From NCBI GenBank assembly GCA_026388115.1, contig JAPLKK010000033.1, positions 2,470 through 66,469 of the forward strand: a DNA stretch of 64,000 nucleotides, written 5' to 3'. A program made the position numbers and the translations under genes. Shown piece after piece: positions 57,399 to 64,000 of this stretch (its first letter is position 1; the number at the start of each line of letters is the position of its first letter). The notes beneath the pieces are model-generated. The model did no database searches. It saw nothing but the letters and a program-made list of their open reading frames with translations, and was not told the DNA's origin. The DNA is from Elusimicrobiota bacterium. Lineage in GTDB: Bacteria > Elusimicrobiota > Elusimicrobia > UBA1565 > JACRDR01.

Positions 57399-58975
57399 TT
57401 GGGCTGCAGCCTGGCGAGGCGCATGAGCGCGCCGGCCATCTCCGCTTTGACGAAGTTGTTATGCTCGTTGCTCAGCGCCTGCAGGATGCGCGGGTAATCC
57501 TCGGCCACGCCGAACTTGCCGAGGGTGCGGATGGCGAGCGAGCGCACGACCCAGTCCGGGTCGTCCCAGTGGCGGATCAGCGTATCGCGCCCGGAGGCGT
57601 CGCCGCGGCGCAGCAGCACGCCGGCCGCGTACACCTGCAGGAACATGGAGGGATCCAGGCGCGACACGTTGCCGATATCCTCCATCGCCCCCTCCTTGCC
57701 CCACACCTCCAAGCCCTCCACCGCGGCGAAGCGCAGGGTGAAGTCCTGGGAATTGATGGCCTCCATGAACATCCCGCGGTCGCCCTGGTCCTGGTTGTAC
57801 GCCAGGGCCATGATCGCGGCCGCGCGCACGGTGGAGTTGGTCCCCGCGTGCGCCACGCTGAGGATCTGCTGGCGCAGCAGGAGGTCCGAGGAGCCGGCCA
57901 AGCCCTCGGTCAGCAGGAACGCGAGCTCCGTGTACCGGATCTTGAGCAGGAAGCCCGCGGGCGAGACGAGATTATTGAGCGTCTGCACGGATGGGTTCTG
58001 CTGCATGTCTTGCGTCGGCCGCCAATCGGGCGTCTGCAAGAGGCGCAGGAGGTTCACGTTGATGCGCGTATCGATGAGCGCCGTGGCCGGTATCGGCAGG
58101 CGCGGCTTGGTGACGATGAGGGGGTCGAGCTCGTCCTCGCCGGTGGGCGACACCGCGGCCGGCGTCGTCGCGGGCGTTTCCGGCGCCTCCTTCTTCGGGA
58201 AGAGCTTCAGCGCCGCGATCGCCATCTCGGCGACGACGAAATTGTTGGTCTGCTCGCGGCCCATGCGGTCGAGCATCAGGTCGTAGTCGTCGCCGATGCC
58301 GAAATCGCCCAGGTAGCGGGCCGCCATGGCCTTGGCGAGCCAGTCGCTCGAATCGAGCTGCTGCAGAAGGTACTCGCGCCCCTTGTCGTCGCCTCGGCGC
58401 AGGAGCGCCTGCGCGGCGAACACCTTGAGGATCGGCTGGTTGTCGCTGAGCATGACACGCTCAAGGATCTGCTTGACGTCGGGGTCCTTGTTCCAGGCCA
58501 TCAGCGCTTCCATGCCCCCCCAGCGCACCGCCGGGTCGGGATTGTTGACGGCCTCGTTGCACCACTTGCCCGCTTCGGGGTCCTTGCGCACGGCCAACTG
58601 CGACAGGCCGATGGAACGGATCTCCGGGTAGCGGTCCCAGCGCGCCAGCTCCAGCATCTGGTCGTGCAACCGCGGGTCCTCGGTAGGCGCCAGGGCCTCG
58701 GCCAGCGGGATGCCGAGGTGCATGTAGCGGTTGCGCAGGTGGTAGCCCATCGGCGTGCCCAGGGTGATGAGGTCCTTGAGCGCCGTATTCTTGTAATCGT
58801 CGTTCGTCGGCCGCGTGTTGTCCTTCACGTCCATGAGCTGCAGCAAGGTGGTGACGATCTGCGGGTCCGACTGCATGCTGGGACCGGCCGTGAAGCCGCT
58901 TCCCGGAGCCTGAGCGAAGGAGGCGCAGCTGAGATTCAGAAAGGAGCCGGCGAGCACGAAGGCTATCGATCGCAT
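57395..58975 (-). CDS. Exported HEAT/PBS-lyase-repeat protein
   Basis: Start at MRSIAFVLAGSFLNLSCASFAQA (signal peptide). Multiple HEAT-like repeats are present (..DPAVRWGGMEAL.., ..VRAAAIMALA.., ..DWVVRSLAIRTLG..). Its stop overlaps the exbB start. Confidence 0.6.
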   Translation of the reverse strand: MRSIAFVLAGSFLNLSCASFAQAPGSGFTAGPSMQSDPQIVTTLLQLMDVKDNTRPTNDDYKNTALKDLITLGTPMGYHLRNRYMHLGIPLAEALAPTEDPRLHDQMLELARWDRYPEIRSIGLSQLAVRKDPEAGKWCNEAVNNPDPAVRWGGMEALMAWNKDPDVKQILERVMLSDNQPILKVFAAQALLRRGDDKGREYLLQQLDSSDWLAKAMAARYLGDFGIGDDYDLMLDRMGREQTNNFVVAEMAIAALKLFPKKEAPETPATTPAAVSPTGEDELDPLIVTKPRLPIPATALIDTRINVNLLRLLQTPDWRPTQDMQQNPSVQTLNNLVSPAGFLLKIRYTELAFLLTEGLAGSSDLLLRQQILSVAHAGTNSTVRAAAIMALAYNQDQGDRGMFMEAINSQDFTLRFAAVEGLEVWGKEGAMEDIGNVSRLDPSMFLQVYAAGVLLRRGDASGRDTLIRHWDDPDWVVRSLAIRTLGKFGVAEDYPRILQALSNEHNNFVKAEMAGALMRLARLQPK

Positions 58976-59012
58976 CGAATGGCGCCCGAGGCGCAAAAAG
59001 CATTGTAATTCT

Positions 59013-59867
59013 TCACGGTTTCGGAAACAAGGAGCAGGCACGCAGGTCTCTTACGAACCCCTCCTTCATCGGCGCGCCCGGCCAGGGCAGCCACCCCGGC
59101 TCGGGGGCGAACTCGACGGAGGTGCCGCCGCAGCGCGCTTCGATCCAGCCCGGACGGCCGGCGGAAAGCGTCCAGCCCTTGAGCCAGAGCTCGCCGGGCC
59201 TCATCCCGTCCACGAAAACGACGGCGGCGCGAGGATGAAGGAGCAGCACGGCCGCTCTGGCCGCGCTGAGCCGGCACGCCCGCGCGCGCCGGACAACGAG
59301 GTCATGGCAGGCGCCGCGGCCGATGAGGGCCGCCTCGCGGCGCAACGCCCGCCGCGCCCGCGCCCGCCGCGCCAAGAGCCCAAAGCGGCCGAGGATGAGC
59401 GCGAGGAAAGCGGCAACGACGCTTGCCCTCACCCTACCCTCTCCCGAACGTCGGGAGAGGGAAAGAGGCCGTTCTCCCTCTCCCACCGAAGGCGGGAGAG
59501 GGCCGGGGTGAGGGCAAATCCTCCACTGTCCGAACCGCTCTCGCACCGCTTCCAGCCGGCCCGAGCCGTCCGCGGCTTCGAAGGACACGCGCGCTCGATT
59601 CCAGTCCTCCATCGCGAGCCCCACCCGGCTCCCCGGCCGCGCCTCGGCCGGGATGCGCTCATGGCGCCAGCCCTCGCCGGGCCACGATGCCACGCGTTGG
59701 GCCAGATACGGCTCGTTTCCATACAGATAAGCGACCCGCTCCAACCCGTCCGGACCGCGCGCGGCCTCGGATATCACGATGGCCGGATCCAGCCGCCCGG
59801 GGCCGCCGACCCTGTCGAGGGGCCCGCCAGGCTGGGAAAGGAAAAGCGCCAGAGCCGCGGTGATCAT
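59013..59867 (-). CDS. Hypothetical protein carrying an in-frame inverted pair of palindromic repeats (low confidence)
   Basis: The 284-codon frame from MITAALALFLSQP has GC-rich third positions and continues through 59424-59516 (31 codons of repeat-derived PHPGPLPPSVGEGERPLSLSRRSGEGRVRAS). It has no recognisable domain and could be non-coding. Confidence 0.25.
   Translation of the reverse strand: MITAALALFLSQPGGPLDRVGGPGRLDPAIVISEAARGPDGLERVAYLYGNEPYLAQRVASWPGEGWRHERIPAEARPGSRVGLAMEDWNRARVSFEAADGSGRLEAVRERFGQWRICPHPGPLPPSVGEGERPLSLSRRSGEGRVRASVVAAFLALILGRFGLLARRARARRALRREAALIGRGACHDLVVRRARACRLSAARAAVLLLHPRAAVVFVDGMRPGELWLKGWTLSAGRPGWIEARCGGTSVEFAPEPGWLPWPGAPMKEGFVRDLRACSLFPKP
59424..59516. 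repeat. Inverted pair of type A palindromic repeats (59424-59461 inverted, 59476-59516 direct)
   Basis: TGCCCTCACCCTACCCTCTCCCGAACGTCGGGAGAGGG ... CCCTCTCCCACCGAAGGCGGGAGAGGGCCGGGGTGAGGGCA. Confidence 0.8.
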
Positions 59868-59924
59868 CGCCCGGTTCGACACCGGAGAGGTTGATTTGTT
59901 CCCGGTTGCGGCTATACTGGGTGC

Positions 59925-60647
59925 ATGGGAAGAGCACAGGGCGCGCTGCTCGGGCTGCTGAGCCTGGCGGGCGTGGGCGCCTTCGCGGCCTACAAGAAGC
60001 TCGGCTCCGTCATCAAGGACCGGCTCGAACGCTACGCGTCCAAAGCCGCCGGCACGGCGGTCTCCGTGCGCGAGGTCTCGGTCAACCCGTGGACCGGCGC
60101 GGGGAGCATCCGCGGATTGGTCATCGGCAACCCCGCCGGCTTCAAGACGGAAAGCGTTTTTCGCGTCGACGATATCCGCGTCCGGCTGGAGCCGAAGACG
60201 CTCCTGAGCGGGACCATCCGCATCAAGGAAATGGTGCTCGACAGCCCCGTGCTCACCTGGGAGCTCGGCCCGGGCGGAGGAAACCTCGGACGCATCCGGA
60301 AGAACCTCGAAGCCCGGACCGGAACGAAGGTCAAGAACGGGAAAAGAGCCGTCAGCGAAACCTCCGAGCGAAGGCTCATCGTCGAGCGCTTCGTCCTCAG
60401 GAACGCGCGGCTGCGCGTCGCCCGCTCGGGCCTGGACGGCCCGGTGCTCCTGCCCATGCCGGATCTCAAGCTCGAAGGCCTGGGGGAAGGACGCGGAGGC
60501 GACAGCGCGCAGCAGATACTTTCGCAGATCCTCGACGCGACGATCCGCTCGGGACTCGACGCCGCGGGCGGGGCGGGCGACGTCCTGCGTTCGGCGGGAA
60601 AGGCGATCTCGAAGACGCTGGGGAGTCTTTTCAAGAAGAAGAGCTGA
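59925..60647 (+). CDS. AsmA-like / DUF748-type membrane-anchored protein
   Basis: N-terminal anchor LLGLLSLAGVGAFAAY. The repeated ...VSVREVSVNPWTGAGSIRGLVIGNPAGFK... / ...IRIKEMVLDSPVLTWE... pattern is typical of AsmA/DUF748 N-terminal regions. Confidence 0.45.
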   Translation: MGRAQGALLGLLSLAGVGAFAAYKKLGSVIKDRLERYASKAAGTAVSVREVSVNPWTGAGSIRGLVIGNPAGFKTESVFRVDDIRVRLEPKTLLSGTIRIKEMVLDSPVLTWELGPGGGNLGRIRKNLEARTGTKVKNGKRAVSETSERRLIVERFVLRNARLRVARSGLDGPVLLPMPDLKLEGLGEGRGGDSAQQILSQILDATIRSGLDAAGGAGDVLRSAGKAISKTLGSLFKKKS

Positions 60648-60660
60648 TTTTTCCGCCCAC

Positions 60661-61188
60661 ATGCCGCCTTTGAAGGACGCGCTGCGCCGTGCGCTCGCCA
60701 AGCAGAAACCCCGCCGGGAGCCGATGGATGGATCGATCCGCGCGGCGGTGCTCGTGCCGATGCTCGGCGGCCGAGAGCCGCGGCTCCTCTTCATAGAGCG
60801 CACGGCCCACGCGCTCGACCCGCACTCCGGGCAGATCAGCTTTCCCGGCGGCCGCTGGCACGCCGGCGACACCGACGCCGTGGCGACGGCCTTGCGCGAG
60901 GCGGAAGAGGAACTGGGGCTCGGCAGGGATGCGGTCGAGGTGCTCGGCTGTCTCGCCGAGCGGCGCACGATCACGGGCTTCGCCATCACGCCGGTCATCG
61001 GCTGGATCGAGACCTGCCCGCCGCTCACGCCGCAGGCCGCCGAAGTGGCCGACTGTTTCCAGGTGAGCATCGGCGAATTGTCAGGGACCCGCGAGAACGG
61101 ACGCCTCGAGTATCATGCGGACGGCCGGGTGATCTGGGGCGCGACGGCGCGGATCACGTCGGAGCTGCTGGAGCTTTTGGCTAAATAA
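60661..61188 (+). CDS. NUDIX hydrolase, CoA pyrophosphatase-like
   Basis: Nudix box GGRWHAGDTDAVATALREAEEELGL. An upstream AAVLVPM... region is as in NudL-type CoA pyrophosphatases. Confidence 0.75.
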   Translation: MPPLKDALRRALAKQKPRREPMDGSIRAAVLVPMLGGREPRLLFIERTAHALDPHSGQISFPGGRWHAGDTDAVATALREAEEELGLGRDAVEVLGCLAERRTITGFAITPVIGWIETCPPLTPQAAEVADCFQVSIGELSGTRENGRLEYHADGRVIWGATARITSELLELLAK

Positions 61189-62698
61189 CCAGCGCGGCTA
61201 TCGCCGCGACCAACGCGAGCCAGCCGAACCAGTCGCCGGCGCGGGAATAGAGCGAGCGGCGAGGGAACGGATCGACGCTCGGGACCGAGCCGTAGAGCAC
61301 TCCCTCCCGCATCAAGTCCAGTCTCGCCGTGACGCGGCCCCAGGGATCGATGACCGCCGAGATGCCCGTGTTTCCCGCGCGGATCACATAGGCGCGGTTC
61401 TCGATCGCGCGGAAACGGTTGGCGTAGAAGTGCTGTAAGGGTCCCCAGGTGTCCTTGTACCACCCGTCGTTGGTGAGGTTCGCGAGCACGCGCGCGCCCG
61501 CCTGCACGTTCACGCGGCTCCAGCGAGGAAAGATCGCCTCATAGCACAGCGTGACGCCGACGGGGCCGATCGGGGTCTCCAGCGGAGGCTGCTTCAGCGC
61601 TCCAGGGGTGAGATCGCCCATCTGCCCCAGGATGCCGATCCAGCCCTCCAGGTATCGGCGGAAGGGGACATACTCGCCGAAGGGCACCAGCTCGCGCTTA
61701 TGATAGACGCCCGCGATGCGGCCCGACGCGTCGACCAGCACCGCCGAGTTGCGGTGAAAGCCATTCTGGTCGGTCAGCGCTCCGGCTAGCTGGGCCACGC
61801 CGCTGCGCGCGGCCCAAGACGAGACCCAGACCCGATTGTCCTCGAGCCAGCCGGGGACGGAAGTCTCCGGCCAGACGATCAGCGCGGGCTTGGCCTGGGC
61901 GGCTTGGGCAAGCAGGCGGTCGAAGCTCGAACGGATGCTCACGACCTCGCCCTCGTCCCACTTGCGATATTGGTCGACGTTCGGCTGGATGATCGCGACC
62001 AAGTACTCCCTCCCCCCTCGTGGGGGAGGGTTGGGGTGGGGGGTAGGCGCCGTTCGCAATGAGATCGTTCCGGCCAGCCACCAGGCGGCGATGAGGGCCA
62101 CCACGACCACAGCGTTCCTTAAAAGAACGACGCTTTCCCTCACCCCCGCCCTCTCCCCTTTGGGGGAGAGGGCGCAAGCCAAAACGCCGTTTGCGGCGAC
62201 GATGAGGAAGCCGAGGGCGTGGGGGCCGAACCAGGAGGCCGGCTGCAGCAGCGTCAAGAAGCGCCATTGAGTATAGCCGAGGAGGTCGCAGCCGACGCGC
62301 GGAGTCCAGCGGGCGAGCGCGAACTCCAGGGCGGCCCACAACGCCGCGCAAGCCCAAGGCCGCAGCGCCGCCGGAAGGCGGGCGAGCCGATAGACGCCGG
62401 CGGCGAACACCGCCCAAGCGGCCCCCTCGAAGGCCGCGAGCGCGGCCCAGGCCAGCAGGGACACCGGGACCGGCACGCCGGCGAAGCGGCAGGTGAGATA
62501 GATCCAGTGAAGCAACAGGGCGAAGAAGGCGGCGCCCGCGACCCAGCCGAGCGCGGCCGCGCGCCAAGCGCTCTTGGCCCCGCGCGCGGCGAGAAGCAGC
62601 GGGACCAAGCCGATCCACGCGAGCGGACAGAGGCTGGGCTTAGGGAAGCAGAGGGCGAGGAGGACTCCCGAGAGGACGGCGGCTAAGAGCCGTGGCAC
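61181..62698 (-). CDS. lnt: Apolipoprotein N-acyltransferase with two in-frame palindromic-repeat insertions
   Basis: N-terminal polytopic membrane domain and C-terminal CN-hydrolase domain (LVAIIQPNV..., WPETS, catalytic-Cys region VTLCYEAIFP). LSPKGERAGVRES and LRTAPTPHPNPPPRGGREY are encoded by repeat copies at 62138-62173 and 62008-62044. Confidence 0.85.
   Translation of the reverse strand: MPRLLAAVLSGVLLALCFPKPSLCPLAWIGLVPLLLAARGAKSAWRAAALGWVAGAAFFALLLHWIYLTCRFAGVPVPVSLLAWAALAAFEGAAWAVFAAGVYRLARLPAALRPWACAALWAALEFALARWTPRVGCDLLGYTQWRFLTLLQPASWFGPHALGFLIVAANGVLACALSPKGERAGVRESVVLLRNAVVVVALIAAWWLAGTISLRTAPTPHPNPPPRGGREYLVAIIQPNVDQYRKWDEGEVVSIRSSFDRLLAQAAQAKPALIVWPETSVPGWLEDNRVWVSSWAARSGVAQLAGALTDQNGFHRNSAVLVDASGRIAGVYHKRELVPFGEYVPFRRYLEGWIGILGQMGDLTPGALKQPPLETPIGPVGVTLCYEAIFPRWSRVNVQAGARVLANLTNDGWYKDTWGPLQHFYANRFRAIENRAYVIRAGNTGISAVIDPWGRVTARLDLMREGVLYGSVPSVDPFPRRSLYSRAGDWFGWLALVAAIAALVI
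62008..62044 (-). repeat. Palindromic repeat, type B, inverted, in frame inside lnt
   Basis: CCCTCCCCCCTCGTGGGGGAGGGTTGGGGTGGGGGG. Confidence 0.75.
62138..62173 (-). repeat. Palindromic repeat, type A variant, inverted, in frame inside lnt
   Basis: CCCTCACCCCCGCCCTCTCCCCTTTGGGGGAGAGGG. Confidence 0.75.
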
Positions 62699-64000
62699 TT
62701 TTTGTACTTCTTGCCGCTGCCGCAGTAGCAGGGGTCGTTGCGGCCGATCTTCTCGATGCCGGCGGGCACGGCGGACTTGCGCAAGAGCGAGCCCGGCGCT
62801 TTCGCGGCCGGCCTCGGCGGCGCGCCGTTGCCGTCGCCTTTGGGCGCCGTCGTACCCTCGGGACCGCTCAAGGTCACGTGCGGCAGCGGCGGAGGCGGCG
62901 CCTTGGGCGCCTGGATCTTGAACAGGTACTCCACCGTCTGCTCGCTGATGCGCTCCAACATCCGGTTGTAGATCTCGTAGGACTCCTTCTGGTACTCGAT
63001 GAGCGGGTCTTTCTGCCCGTAGGCGCGCAGGCCGATGTATTTCTTGAGGTGGTCGAGGTCGTAGAGGTTGTTCTTCCAGGCCGTGTCGAGCATCTGGAGC
63101 AGCACCATGCGCTCCACGTCCTTGAAGTCGAAACCGGCGAACTCCTGGGTGCGCGAGGCGTAGCGCGCCTCGATCTTCTCCAGGAGCTCGTCCTTCAGCG
63201 TCTCCTGGTCGATCCTGTAGAGCTCATCTTGGGTGATGCCCCACTCGACGCCGAAGGTGCGCCCCAGCCACGCCCCCAGGCTCTCGACGTCCCAAGCCTC
63301 CGCGTGCTTGTTCTTGGGAGCCCAGACGTCGAGCTTATCCTCGAGCCCCTCGGCCATCATCTCGTGGATGATGGGCGTGACATCAGCGCCGTCGAGGATC
63401 TCGTTGCGGCGCCTGTAGACCCGCAACCGCTGCAGGTTCAAGACCTTGTCGTAGTCGAGGAGCTGCTTGCGGATGTCGAAGTTGTGCGTCTCGACGCGGC
63501 GCTGGGCGCCCGCGATCTGGCGGCTGACGAGGCCGGACTCGATGACCTCGCCCTCCTCCATGCCGAGCTTCTCCATGATGGCGGAGAGGCGGTCGGAGCC
63601 GAACAGGCGCATCAGCTCGTCGTCGAGCGCGAGGTAGAAGCGCGAGGAGCCGGGGTCGCCCTGGCGGCCGCAGCGGCCGCGCAGCTGGTTGTCGATGCGC
63701 CGCGCCTCGTGGCGCTCGGTGCCGAGGATGTGCAGGCCGCCCAAGGACACCACGAGCTTGGCGTCCTCCGCGTCAGCCGGGCTGCCGCCCAGGACGATGT
63801 CGGTGCCGCGGCCGGCCATGTTGGTCGCGATGGTCACCATGCCGGACCTGCCCGCCTGGGCGATGATCTGCGCTTCCTGCTCGTGGTACTTGGCGTTCAG
63901 GACCTGGTGGGGGATGCCTTTCTCGCGCAGGATGCCCGCGAGCTTCTCGGATTTCTCGATGGAGCGCGTGCCGACAAGCACCGGCTGGCGCTTCCTCCAT
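62683..64000 (-). CDS. secA: Preprotein translocase subunit SecA (3' portion; gene continues beyond window end)
   Basis: ...VLVGTRSIEKSE...TNMAGRGTDIVLGG...DELMRLF... and the C-terminal zinc-binding [20 protein letters not shown]. The frame is open to position 64000. Confidence 0.9.
   Translation of the reverse strand, partial: WRKRQPVLVGTRSIEKSEKLAGILREKGIPHQVLNAKYHEQEAQIIAQAGRSGMVTIATNMAGRGTDIVLGGSPADAEDAKLVVSLGGLHILGTERHEARRIDNQLRGRCGRQGDPGSSRFYLALDDELMRLFGSDRLSAIMEKLGMEEGEVIESGLVSRQIAGAQRRVETHNFDIRKQLLDYDKVLNLQRLRVYRRRNEILDGADVTPIIHEMMAEGLEDKLDVWAPKNKHAEAWDVESLGAWLGRTFGVEWGITQDELYRIDQETLKDELLEKIEARYASRTQEFAGFDFKDVERMVLLQMLDTAWKNNLYDLDHLKKYIGLRAYGQKDPLIEYQKESYEIYNRMLERISEQTVEYLFKIQAPKAPPPPLPHVTLSGPEGTTAPKGDGNGAPPRPAAKAPGSLLRKSAVPAGIEKIGRNDPCYCGSGKKYKKCHGS

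Noticed and set aside
59235-59894. 219-aa plus-strand ORF (MKEQHGRSGRAEP...)
   Set aside because: Extremely Arg/Pro-rich and reads through two repeat copies. It is more likely the shadow of the minus-strand frame.

Overview
A 64-kb window from a high-GC (roughly 65-70%) bacterial chromosome, densely coded on both strands. The housekeeping backbone is well supported: purM, a fused purN-purH, carA-carB, tdk, prfB, lnt, the secA 3' end, tRNA-Ser(CGA) and tRNA-Gly(GCC). There are also a zupT-znuBCA zinc-uptake operon with a frameshifted porin, and an exbB-exbD-tonB cluster with a HEAT-repeat protein. The accessory content falls into four parts. (1) A family of at least 14 short (about 36-40 bp) GC-rich palindromic elements in two subtypes. 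Some are intergenic and some sit in frame inside genes (lnt twice, a WD40 protein, the histone deacetylase (HDAC)-like gene end). Three adjacent truncated genes (DUF47/pitA/saccharopine dehydrogenase) lie at or next to copies, between tRNA-Ser and tRNA-Gly. (2) A low-GC islet carrying a DUF3883-type PD-(D/E)xK nuclease next to a COG1373 AAA+ ATPase. Immediately after it, a retropepsin-like gene is flanked by a duplicated carA 5' end. (3) A cell-surface module: a signal-peptide-bearing LonC-like protease with a degenerate Walker A; an about 4460-aa protein with an N-terminal S8 subtilisin domain, BNR propellers, Fn3 arrays and a T9SS-type C-terminal sorting domain, apparently split by a frameshift; and a translationally coupled PorV-like outer-membrane barrel with a TPR tail. 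(4) Several conserved hypotheticals, including a two-gene operon at 25.4-26.7 kb. Many long ORFs in the six-frame track are antisense or alternate-frame artefacts of the GC skew and were not called.
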